A stretch of DNA of 64,000 nucleotides, from IMG/VR virus record IMGVR_UViG_3300042445_000711, positions 1 through 64,000 of that record; one strand, given 5' to 3'. The position numbers and the translations under genes were made by a program. Numbering within the stretch: the first letter of the stretch is position 1; each line of letters opens with the position of its first letter. A model generated the notes under the pieces. It saw only the letters and a program-made list of their open reading frames with translations. It had not been told where the DNA came from and searched no databases. Shown one piece after another: positions 19,201 to 28,834 of this stretch. Source of the stretch: a virus.

Positions 19201-20284
19201 TATTTAATACATTTAAAATATGGTTTTTATTATTATTAAAATAATTTAAAAATTTATTTGAGTTATTATGATATTCGTGTAAATACCTATAATATATTTC
19301 ATGCAATTCATCTATACTTTTTTCAGTATATTTTTTAACATGCTCCAATCCTCTTTGAGTATCTTCTTCATCTGTTATATCATAGAATCCATACAAAGGT
19401 GAGTAAAATGTCATTCCTATTTCTTCTAAACATTTTTTTAAATTAGAAGAGCCAAAGTGTATAAATGGTAAAAATGAAGCAATTGGTTTTAATATTTTTT
19501 CAGTAACTGGACAATGTTCATTAATGTTTTTTACATCTTTAAAAAAATAAGATTCTGTAACTATTTCAAAATATGCCAAAAATTGAGAAATATATGTGTG
19601 TTTTAATACTATTGTTTCTTGATTAAATTTATCATATGAAAAAGGAATTATACCTTCATTTTCTTTAAAAAATTCATCAAGATTATGTTTTTTATCTGAA
19701 TAATATTCTTTTATTCCAGTAAAAGACCATATATTATTTTTTAAATTATCAGTTTCTTTTAAAATATTAAAAATATCAATTCTAACAGGACTAATATGAT
19801 TTGAATAAAATACCAATTTATGAGGTTTTCTAAATTCCTTATATACAGTATTCATTCTTTCCAAAAAAGATTTGGCATTTAAATAATCAGTTGATAATAA
19901 AAAATCAATTTGAGAATATAAAGAAGATGGTATGTAAAATTTATTTACACCATTAGAATGTATCATATCAAAATTTGAATAATAACATTTTTTATTTACA
20001 ATGTTAGCAAATGAAATTACACCCATCTCATCTACCATAGTTTCATTAAAATCAATTAGTATTTTATCTACTTTATTATATTTTAATTCATACTCATTTA
20101 TTACTTTACAAAATTTTTCTATATTTTTAAATTCTGTAAATGAAAATCCAAATGAATTTACCGTATTAACTAATAATACATTATTTGGTATATTTCTAAA
20201 AATATCATTTTGAGGCATATGATATTGAATATCTTCAATAATTTCTATACTTTCACCATCATTTTCGTATCTTATTCCTACCAT
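19193..20284 (-). CDS. TEKxxKP-family protein, GT10-like
   Basis: FEIVTES...VTEKILKPIASFLPFIHFG. Confidence 0.6.
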   Translation of the reverse strand: MVGIRYENDGESIEIIEDIQYHMPQNDIFRNIPNNVLLVNTVNSFGFSFTEFKNIEKFCKVINEYELKYNKVDKILIDFNETMVDEMGVISFANIVNKKCYYSNFDMIHSNGVNKFYIPSSLYSQIDFLLSTDYLNAKSFLERMNTVYKEFRKPHKLVFYSNHISPVRIDIFNILKETDNLKNNIWSFTGIKEYYSDKKHNLDEFFKENEGIIPFSYDKFNQETIVLKHTYISQFLAYFEIVTESYFFKDVKNINEHCPVTEKILKPIASFLPFIHFGSSNLKKCLEEIGMTFYSPLYGFYDITDEEDTQRGLEHVKKYTEKSIDELHEIYYRYLHEYHNNSNKFLNYFNNNKNHILNVLNNG

Positions 20285-21309
20285 TATTTAAACATTTCCC
20301 AATTTAAAACTATTTCTTCTGTAAATTTTTTATAATTACAACTACTAACGTGCCCCCAACAACTCGCTTCTCCTTCTCTTAATTTATTTTCAATTTCCGT
20401 TTGAGTACCATATTGTTCATATTCTTGAAATAACGGATTAAATTCCTCATCTGAACTTTTTAGTTGGTTTCTAACTGCCCATTCTAATACACCACCATTT
20501 CGATGTAATTGTTCTTCATTATAAAACCAACAATATTTTTCCCAATCAATTCCTTTATATAAATGAGCGGCCCATGGAAATTTATTTATTATCATATCTT
20601 CGGTATCATTCCAAGTATTGTGAATTTTTCTCTGTATAAATAAACCTTCTACCATTTCTTCTGGAGTTTGGTAATTATGTGGGACCATTCCATATTCATA
20701 TTCTAATGAAAATGGATTATGCATAAAAAAAGATTTTAATTTTATTTTGTGTAATTTACAAAATGTTATTAAATAATCAAAATATTCTAACCATTCTATA
20801 AATCTTTCTTCATCATTGTATAATGTATTTAAATAAATTTTAGTATATTCATATACTTTTCTGTTTAATTTTACAAAAGAAGATTGACTCATATCTGGAT
20901 TTGCAAAAGTTAACCAGTATCCTTTTTCTCCTGGATATTTTTTTTCATTTATAAAATCTATTGCATAGTTATCATGTTTATCCAACGGTATTCTATCTAT
21001 AATATCTTTAGATACAAAATTACTTTTTCTATGAAAGTTAGACCATTCTACTATAATTGATATATCTTCTCCTTTAATTCCTGATTTTAGTAATTGTTTT
21101 GCTTTATATATTACAGACCTTGCAATTAATAAATTACCACTACCAGGACTTCCCATATTAAATACAGTAAGTTCTGGTCTTAAAGTTTTAATCCAATGTG
21201 TATAATACCAAAATTCAGGCTTATCTGTTAAAAATTCGTCTTCTTTTCTATTAATATTTACTCTATAATGTGATGTAAATGAGCAACCAGATGTGATTAA
21301 ATGTGTCAT
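20284..21309 (-). CDS. SGNH-fold protein (GCS variant)
   Basis: SGCSFT, GSPGSGN, VEWS, WGHVS. Confidence 0.72.
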   Translation of the reverse strand: MTHLITSGCSFTSHYRVNINRKEDEFLTDKPEFWYYTHWIKTLRPELTVFNMGSPGSGNLLIARSVIYKAKQLLKSGIKGEDISIIVEWSNFHRKSNFVSKDIIDRIPLDKHDNYAIDFINEKKYPGEKGYWLTFANPDMSQSSFVKLNRKVYEYTKIYLNTLYNDEERFIEWLEYFDYLITFCKLHKIKLKSFFMHNPFSLEYEYGMVPHNYQTPEEMVEGLFIQRKIHNTWNDTEDMIINKFPWAAHLYKGIDWEKYCWFYNEEQLHRNGGVLEWAVRNQLKSSDEEFNPLFQEYEQYGTQTEIENKLREGEASCWGHVSSCNYKKFTEEIVLNWEMFK

Positions 21310-21312
21310 AAA

Positions 21313-22527
21313 CTATATTTGTTCTTTAAAATAAATATCCCATTCTTTTAAATAATCCCCAATATAGACATTTCTTTTTTTATCTAATAATTTAATAAAA
21401 TTAATAAATTTATCCATTCCGTTTTCTTCTTCATTAGAATATAATTCCGTTTTTAATCGTTCTAATTCAAACTCATTTAAATGATTAATATTATTTAAAA
21501 GTTGTTCTTTTAATTCATCTGATAAAATAGAAACGTGTTGAAAAGATGGGTGATGAACATAATTATGAGCTACAACTAAATTATATTTGTTCGTAAATTC
21601 TTTAAATTTATCTATGTTAAAAACATTCAAACAACTAACAGTTTGACAAACTTCTAATTTAAATATATTTCTATATTTTATAATTTTTAAAAAGTTTTTA
21701 TATATTATATCCCATTTTGCACCATATCTAATATAATCATTTCGTTCTTCCAAATCATCAATAGATAAATGTAATCTTACTTGTTTAAATTGTTTCCATA
21801 TTTTAATAAAATCATCTGGAATATCCGTCATATTAATAGAGTAGTGTAAATTTATATCTTTAGACCTACCACTATCAATTAATTTTTGTAGAAAATAACC
21901 ATGCTCTCTAATTAACGTTGGTTCACCACCATTAATCCAAACTTCTTCTAATTTAGAACACTTTTCATATAATTCATCATAAAATCTTGTACTTCTAAAC
22001 CATTCGGTTCTAATATCACATTTAAAATAATTTTTTTCAAATTCAGTTCCTTTAAATACGGATACATCTTGATTCCATCTATTACTACTAAACGGATTAC
22101 AAGTTACACATTTCAAATTACAAACAGTACCCAATCTTAATTCAATATATCGATAATCTAATTCTTTTAATGAACCATCTTCATTTGTATTTGCATATGC
22201 ATGGTCTATTAAATGTTTAAATTTAAGATTACTTTCCATTCGTTTACTGTACACATTATTTTTTTCGTGGAAATAACACGTTTTGCATTGTGATGGAAAA
22301 TCTCCATTAATCATCTTCTTACGAACATCATTAAAATTTTCAGAATTTGTAATATCTGATAGTGAATCTTTATCTAAAAATAAATTAAATCCATCTTTTT
22401 TAGCAGTACTCATATCATTTGTCATATCGGTAATACAACAAGGAGTTGATGTTCCAATTGGATGTGTAGCCAAATGTATAAATGGTAATGTACAAAACGG
22501 TTTACCGTCAAATTCTGGATTTTTCAT
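21313..22527 (-). CDS. Radical SAM protein with N-terminal twitch/SPASM-like domain
   Basis: FCTLPF..PCC..CKTC, CNLKCVTC, GGEP. Confidence 0.93.
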   Translation of the reverse strand: MKNPEFDGKPFCTLPFIHLATHPIGTSTPCCITDMTNDMSTAKKDGFNLFLDKDSLSDITNSENFNDVRKKMINGDFPSQCKTCYFHEKNNVYSKRMESNLKFKHLIDHAYANTNEDGSLKELDYRYIELRLGTVCNLKCVTCNPFSSNRWNQDVSVFKGTEFEKNYFKCDIRTEWFRSTRFYDELYEKCSKLEEVWINGGEPTLIREHGYFLQKLIDSGRSKDINLHYSINMTDIPDDFIKIWKQFKQVRLHLSIDDLEERNDYIRYGAKWDIIYKNFLKIIKYRNIFKLEVCQTVSCLNVFNIDKFKEFTNKYNLVVAHNYVHHPSFQHVSILSDELKEQLLNNINHLNEFELERLKTELYSNEEENGMDKFINFIKLLDKKRNVYIGDYLKEWDIYFKEQI

Positions 22528-23876
22528 TACACTAACGGATTTAATTCTATACTATTCCACCATTCTAATAAAGGTGGATATTGAGCATATATTTCTTCAA
22601 TTTTACCTAAATTATTTCTGTGTTTATCAATTTGTTGTAAACCTTTTTTTCCTCTAATTAAACCTTCTTTCCAATCAGGATACTGTTCTTGAAATGTTTG
22701 TTTATTTTTAATATCTTCAAAACAAGTAACATAATTTTGTATTTTTGGATTATATTTTGCTTTTCTTTTTGCGTATTCAATAATATCATCCAATATTGGA
22801 TTTAAAATATCTCTTGGTATTACCATTGGAGACATCATAATACTACTATCAAATGCAAATGTTGTTTTAATTAAAGTATGCACATCTAATTTTGCCGTAA
22901 TATCAATCATTTCTTTCATTGAAAACAAACCAGGAGCAGTTACTGTTAAATCAAATGCAATTGCGTAATCTCCAAATTGTTTATTTAAAAACAAACCATT
23001 TTTAAAATTTTCAAACCATTGCTCCCATTTTATACCATGTCTTACATATTCAACTATATCACCAATACCATCTATACTTGCGCATATCTGAACACCTTTA
23101 AAATGTGGTAGTAAATCGTACAGGTTAGTACCTTTAAACGATGTTCTACTTAAATTGGTGTTATACCTTACTATCACATCTTTTGATTGACCAGAATCAA
23201 CAAGCTGCTTCATAATATCCCAATGAATATCCCACATCAATGGCTCTCCTCCAACCCAATAAATTTCTTCTATTCTTTTTTCATTTACGGCATCCCAAAG
23301 TTCTTTCTCCGCAACTTCTGTTTGAAATTTTTCTATTATTGGTTTGAATTGCTTTTGTGCCCAAGCATCACCACCTTTATCATAGTTTCCTAACATTCTA
23401 TTTTCAGCTTCCCATGAAGATGATAATTGGTCACCACACATTCTACATTTAAAATTACAACGATTACTGATTCTATAATCAAATGATATTGGTTTCATTT
23501 CAGTATATCCTTCATCATTTGTTTTTTCAAATGCTTCTTCAATTTTATTAGGAAATAATGTTTTAGTAAAGTAATCTCTATAAATGTGTATGTTTAGTAA
23601 TTTATTATTACAAACCGCGCATTGTGGTATTTCTTCACCTGCCATTAATTTTTTACGAATATCCATCATATATGGACTGTTCCAATGTTCATCTAATGTT
23701 GCAGGTGAATACTCTGAATTAGTATCTGCTTTTTCTGAATCAATATATTGAGTTGCCCAAGTTGCTTTTTCACGACTTGCACAACACAACCTTCTTTCAC
23801 TTTGAGGAGAAAGATAGGTATGTGTAAATGGTGCTATACAAAAAGTCTTATTACCCTCTGATGGTTTTATTTTCAT
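22527..23876 (-). CDS. Radical SAM protein with N-terminal twitch/SPASM-like domain
   Basis: FCIAPF..LCC..CAVC, CNFKCRMC, GGEP. Confidence 0.93.
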   Translation of the reverse strand: MKIKPSEGNKTFCIAPFTHTYLSPQSERRLCCASREKATWATQYIDSEKADTNSEYSPATLDEHWNSPYMMDIRKKLMAGEEIPQCAVCNNKLLNIHIYRDYFTKTLFPNKIEEAFEKTNDEGYTEMKPISFDYRISNRCNFKCRMCGDQLSSSWEAENRMLGNYDKGGDAWAQKQFKPIIEKFQTEVAEKELWDAVNEKRIEEIYWVGGEPLMWDIHWDIMKQLVDSGQSKDVIVRYNTNLSRTSFKGTNLYDLLPHFKGVQICASIDGIGDIVEYVRHGIKWEQWFENFKNGLFLNKQFGDYAIAFDLTVTAPGLFSMKEMIDITAKLDVHTLIKTTFAFDSSIMMSPMVIPRDILNPILDDIIEYAKRKAKYNPKIQNYVTCFEDIKNKQTFQEQYPDWKEGLIRGKKGLQQIDKHRNNLGKIEEIYAQYPPLLEWWNSIELNPLV

Positions 23877-25225
23877 ACTAAATTATTTTCAACTGACATA
23901 TCTCTAAAATTATCTAACATATCTATTATATCTTCTTGTTTTTTTACAGTTTTAATATCAGATAAATCAACAGATGGTAAAGAATGAACATCTTCTTTTA
24001 TACATATATCATTTAGCCAGGGATATAATGATTTCCAATCCGTTTTTCTCCTTATATCAATTTTATCTAAATAATCACTTAATCGTTTTAATCTCTGTCT
24101 ATCAACACCAAAATTTTCAACTTGCGTTTTAAATCCTTTTAAATATGCTTTTCTATGGTCATCTTCTGGTATAGTTGATAATAAATCATCAAAGAAATCA
24201 GAAGCATAGTGACCCAATATTTCTGGATTCATAAATGTAGGATTTGCAACAGTATTCCATCCAAAATCAACAGTTCTGATTTTTCTCCATTCTATTATTT
24301 TTCTATACAAATCACCCATTGTTGGTAATGTGACCGGTGTAATAGTTGAATGTATAGAAATACTTACTTTTGGTGAATTTAATAAAATATTAAAGTTTTG
24401 TTCCCATTCTTTTAAATCCATACCACTTCTTGCAAACTCAGCTTGTGGTCCCCAATTATCCATACTACATACAATTTCAAAAGATTGTAACTTTTTTAAA
24501 TAAATAAGTTTAGATATTCTATCTATCTTTTGTTTAAATTGTTTTGGATTATGTTTTAAATTACTAAATATTTTCCAATTTGTATTTGGATGTTCGTGTC
24601 TTTCAAAAAATTCCAAACATTCTTCAAACTCAGGTTGATACATTGGTTCTCCACCCAATATTTGAAATTGATATAAATCTCTTGAATTTTTTTCCATCCA
24701 AACCCAAAAATCTGCTTTTAATTTTTCATATTTATCTCCTGCTCTAAATCCCATTAAATCGTATTCCGTTTCCATAGGTCCGTGTTTTTCAATTTCATTT
24801 TGAATTAACGAACTGAAAAATGGAGAACAATATACACATTTTTGATTACAAACATTTGTAAAATATACCTCCAATATTCTTGGAGTTACTCTAATTTCTT
24901 TTGGGTCTATTGCCAATTCTTTTGGTGCTACTAACAAATCATTTATGTAACTTGTTCTTTCACTCTGTCCACCAGAATCTTCAATTTTTTTACAATATTC
25001 ACAACCGTTACCAGGCCATTTACCATCTAACATTTTTTTTCTATCTTCCAATTTACCAGGATGATTATGAAAATCTTGCATATGGTCTGTAACATCCCAC
25101 CCTTTGCATCTATGGCAACTTGATGATGTACCAACCGATAAAAACAATGTACTCCAAGTCCATTTAAATTGGCATGAAGTATTTGTTTTTATTGGGAATA
25201 TACTTTTACTATTATTATTTTCCAT
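23873..25225 (-). CDS. Radical SAM protein with N-terminal twitch/SPASM-like domain
   Basis: CQFKW..SCHRC..CEYC, CNQKCVYC, GGEP. Confidence 0.93.
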   Translation of the reverse strand: MENNNSKSIFPIKTNTSCQFKWTWSTLFLSVGTSSSCHRCKGWDVTDHMQDFHNHPGKLEDRKKMLDGKWPGNGCEYCKKIEDSGGQSERTSYINDLLVAPKELAIDPKEIRVTPRILEVYFTNVCNQKCVYCSPFFSSLIQNEIEKHGPMETEYDLMGFRAGDKYEKLKADFWVWMEKNSRDLYQFQILGGEPMYQPEFEECLEFFERHEHPNTNWKIFSNLKHNPKQFKQKIDRISKLIYLKKLQSFEIVCSMDNWGPQAEFARSGMDLKEWEQNFNILLNSPKVSISIHSTITPVTLPTMGDLYRKIIEWRKIRTVDFGWNTVANPTFMNPEILGHYASDFFDDLLSTIPEDDHRKAYLKGFKTQVENFGVDRQRLKRLSDYLDKIDIRRKTDWKSLYPWLNDICIKEDVHSLPSVDLSDIKTVKKQEDIIDMLDNFRDMSVENNLV

Positions 25226-26794
25226 TTAGTTGTTTTTTATATAATCTAACATATCATCTTGAATATCTGGTTCTACATAATCTTGTGCTCCAGGATTTGC
25301 CCATTGTGGGTTTAACACCCAACCTTCTTTTTTAGCAGTTGCCATCACCTCATCAACATAACGATTCGATTTAGCATCATCACCATCTACTACCGTTGTA
25401 AGTGGTTTAATAACAGTTTCTGGAATAGAATCCCACCATTCTTTTAATTGTGGAAATGTTTCAACAAAATTCTTTTTCCTTCTAGTATCATATTGAGTAT
25501 AAAAAGATTTAAAATCTCTTTCTCTAGTTTGTAAAGATGAAGTATGTGCATGACCTGTTTCTATTTGTCTGATATATGTAACTAATCTTGTCATACTATC
25601 TTTTTCCCATTCAATAAATCCGTTCTTTTCATCATCCCAATTTTTATTAATCCATGCTTCAATTGCATCTGCTCTTTCTAAACGGATTTCTTTTGGTAAA
25701 GTTACGATTGCTTGAAATGATGGAAATCTTAAAATATTAAATGAACAAACAGGTGATTGTGTTTTATATTTAATTTTTAATTTTAACATCTCATCCATAA
25801 ATTCAGGTAAGGTAAATAAACATAATGAGTTAATTGTCATCATACAGTTTATTGATTGTACATTACCTTCGGATAACATTCGTTCTATATTTTTTAACCA
25901 ACCTTCCCAAACTAACCCATCTCTAATATATTCTGCATCTTTACCAGTTGCTTCACAAGATGTGTATAAATGAAATGATTTAACGTTATGACTTGCTTTT
26001 AATAGTTGTTCAAACAATTCTTGTTTTTGACCTAAGTTTGAATTAACTGCAAATTCAACTTCACAATCTTTATTATTTTCCCACCACTTCATTAACTTCC
26101 AAAAATCTTGTGACATGGTTGGCTCTCCACCTGTAACTCTTAATTCTCTTAATGAGTATTGTAGTTCTCCTTCCCACCATTTCCAAAATGCAGCAACGTA
26201 TGGATTACCTTCATTCTTTTTACCATACGGCATTGCATGCGCACCATCGTGTTGAAACGCACCTGCTCCATCTGATACTAAATTCTGATAAGGTCCGTTT
26301 TTCTTTATATCATTTTGCCAACTTGTAGAAAAAGATGAATTACAATATGAACAAGCAAAATTACAATTCGGGTCAAATGCAATTTCTAATGTTTTTAAAT
26401 CAACATCTTTTTCCCAATTAAATGCAGATTTACATTCAGCCAATTCCTCATCTGTATAAATTACAGATTTATGAACTCTATCTGAGATATTATCCTTACC
26501 TAAATCTTCTATCTTCCAACAATATTCACACTCTTTTGGTCTAACCCCTTCAAGCATTTGCTTTCTGATTAGCTTTTTATATTGAGTGTTGTGAATTGCT
26601 TTGTAATTCATAGCAACTTCATTTAATGGAATCTTATGTGCAGGGGGGTGATGACAACTTGCAGTTGTTCCGTTCCCTAACCATATCGTAGCGTTATACC
26701 ACTTTGCTCCACAAAATGCGGGAGAAATTGGATTTACAACTCTATCTCTATATTCTTGATAAGACTCTTCTGGTTTTTTAGCAATTATGCCCAT
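25226..26794 (-). CDS. Radical SAM protein with N-terminal twitch/SPASM-like domain
   Basis: FCGAKW..SCHH..CEYC, CNFACSYC, GGEP. Confidence 0.93.
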   Translation of the reverse strand: MGIIAKKPEESYQEYRDRVVNPISPAFCGAKWYNATIWLGNGTTASCHHPPAHKIPLNEVAMNYKAIHNTQYKKLIRKQMLEGVRPKECEYCWKIEDLGKDNISDRVHKSVIYTDEELAECKSAFNWEKDVDLKTLEIAFDPNCNFACSYCNSSFSTSWQNDIKKNGPYQNLVSDGAGAFQHDGAHAMPYGKKNEGNPYVAAFWKWWEGELQYSLRELRVTGGEPTMSQDFWKLMKWWENNKDCEVEFAVNSNLGQKQELFEQLLKASHNVKSFHLYTSCEATGKDAEYIRDGLVWEGWLKNIERMLSEGNVQSINCMMTINSLCLFTLPEFMDEMLKLKIKYKTQSPVCSFNILRFPSFQAIVTLPKEIRLERADAIEAWINKNWDDEKNGFIEWEKDSMTRLVTYIRQIETGHAHTSSLQTRERDFKSFYTQYDTRRKKNFVETFPQLKEWWDSIPETVIKPLTTVVDGDDAKSNRYVDEVMATAKKEGWVLNPQWANPGAQDYVEPDIQDDMLDYIKNN

Positions 26795-27453
26795 TAATAA
26801 ATTATTTTATGTAAAAAGTTGCAATTATGTGAATTATCAAAAACTTTATAATCGGTATGTTTTTTAAAATTATATAAACCAATTATAGATGTATCTAAAT
26901 TACCATCTTCCTTAATATTATATATCTGATTATAAGATTTATATTCTTTTGAAATCATTAAAAAATCTAATTCGTAAGAACAATAATTTAAGTTAAATCC
27001 ATTATGTGGAAAATTACCACCACCAAACAAAATATGTGGTTCATATCCAACACTTAACTCTTCATCATATTCTAACTTATATTCTATAGCAGATATGTCA
27101 TTAACTAAAAAATCTAATATACGATTTACTTTATTATATCTAAACGATAATAAATTAAAATCATAACCAATTTCTGTTTCAGAAAATAAATATTTCCATT
27201 CGGTTTCTCCGTTTTTATTTAAATTGAGAATCAACATTAAATTATTGTTTTCTTTCTCAATATCTAACCCCATATAATTTGGAAGTTTTGCAAATACTGT
27301 TTTTTTTTCTGATGATTTTGTTAATATTTTTATGTTCATAGATAACGTAAAATCAGTATCACCCTCAAAAGTTTTACCAATCTCACCCGTATTTATTCCA
27401 TATGAAACCATATTTGGCCATAACAACCAAGGTTCTCCTTCTTTAATTATCAT
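26794..27453 (-). CDS. Stand-alone LamG/concanavalin A-like beta-sandwich protein (putative)
   Basis: Beta-rich pattern (DFTLSMNIK, ILDFLVND, IIGLYNF..KVFDNS) resembling the inserts in the neighbouring GT7 genes. Confidence 0.5.
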   Translation of the reverse strand: MIIKEGEPWLLWPNMVSYGINTGEIGKTFEGDTDFTLSMNIKILTKSSEKKTVFAKLPNYMGLDIEKENNNLMLILNLNKNGETEWKYLFSETEIGYDFNLLSFRYNKVNRILDFLVNDISAIEYKLEYDEELSVGYEPHILFGGGNFPHNGFNLNYCSYELDFLMISKEYKSYNQIYNIKEDGNLDTSIIGLYNFKKHTDYKVFDNSHNCNFLHKIIY

Positions 27454-28834
27454 ATTTGATTTTTTTATAAAACTCCTCTAATTCTGGAAATGTTTTTAAG
27501 AAATTAGTTCCTCTTCTTTTATCATGCTCATCTACAAATTTTACGAAATCTTTTCTATTTGTTTTTAAAATATTTGCATCCGTTTTTGATAATGACCAAT
27601 CATATATTCGTTTTATCTTTTCGGTTTCAACTTCGGTCATTCCCATATGAGTATTTGTAAAAATTGGAACACCTAAATATAAAGCAGTTTTAGCATTATC
27701 TAATATAAGTTCTTTTTGTTTATCAAATAATAATTTAACACTTTGGTGTTGTGGAAATCTTAAATAAGATGTATCTAATAATATAGGATGTTGCCAATAT
27801 CTTTCTAAATTTTGATGTTCTTTTTTGGTTTCCCAAACTTTTTCTATTAACTTATTATAACTAAATGGACTTAAAATATTATAAGTAGACATTATGGTTA
27901 TTGTAACTTTTGGTAATTTATAAAGTACTTTGTTTACATTATCCCAAAATTTATTAAAATTCAAACCATTACGAATATATTCAGCTTGTTCACCATATGC
28001 ATCAACTGATGTAAAAATAATAACTTCTTTAATTCTATCTTCCGAAATTATTCTGTCTAATTTTTGAATTAATTTATCAATTAGTTCATCGGTAACTCCT
28101 AAATTTGAATTAATTGCCAATTTTAATTCTTTGTTTGGATTTGGGTGTTCTAATATATAATCCAAAACTTTCCAAGTATCTTTTGATAAAAGTGGTTCTC
28201 CACCGGTAATTCTAAATGTATTTAAATCAGAATATAATTCAGGCCACCATTTCCAAAATGCTTCAACAAAAGGATTGTATTCACTTTGTAATATTGGCAA
28301 TCTATTTTTTTCAATTAACTTACCGTAACTGTTAAATGAATCTGTAGTTGGATACCCTCCTAATTGTTTTACTTCTTGCAACCATTGTGATGAATATTCA
28401 GGTCCACAATATGAACACTTAAAATTACAAGTATTAGAAAAACTAACTTCAACATATCTTGGATTAAAATCCGCTCTCCAATCTGATTGTATAATTTCAT
28501 CTAAATGTGGTTTAGACCAGGGTTCCGATGATTTATAAATTCTATCGGAATAATTATCCGAATTATCTTCAATATTCCAACAGTAATCACATTCTTCTGG
28601 TCTTTTACCATCTAACATTTCTTTTCTCTTATACTTTTTAAATTTAGTATTATGAAGTGCGGATGGATTTCGTTGTATTTCTGCTATTGGAATTTTATGA
28701 GCAGTTGGGTGGTGGCAAGAGTGATTAAGACCAGTTTGTAAGTGCATGGTTACCTGTGTCCATTTTGCTAAACAAAACCCACAACCTACTGAATCTAAAC
28801 TTTTTTTTGTTTCTTCAAATATATTATTTTGCAT
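27443..28834 (-). CDS. Radical SAM protein with N-terminal twitch/SPASM-like domain
   Basis: FCLAKW..SCHH..CDYC, CNFKCSYC, GGEP. Confidence 0.93.
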   Translation of the reverse strand: MQNNIFEETKKSLDSVGCGFCLAKWTQVTMHLQTGLNHSCHHPTAHKIPIAEIQRNPSALHNTKFKKYKRKEMLDGKRPEECDYCWNIEDNSDNYSDRIYKSSEPWSKPHLDEIIQSDWRADFNPRYVEVSFSNTCNFKCSYCGPEYSSQWLQEVKQLGGYPTTDSFNSYGKLIEKNRLPILQSEYNPFVEAFWKWWPELYSDLNTFRITGGEPLLSKDTWKVLDYILEHPNPNKELKLAINSNLGVTDELIDKLIQKLDRIISEDRIKEVIIFTSVDAYGEQAEYIRNGLNFNKFWDNVNKVLYKLPKVTITIMSTYNILSPFSYNKLIEKVWETKKEHQNLERYWQHPILLDTSYLRFPQHQSVKLLFDKQKELILDNAKTALYLGVPIFTNTHMGMTEVETEKIKRIYDWSLSKTDANILKTNRKDFVKFVDEHDKRRGTNFLKTFPELEEFYKKIKYDN

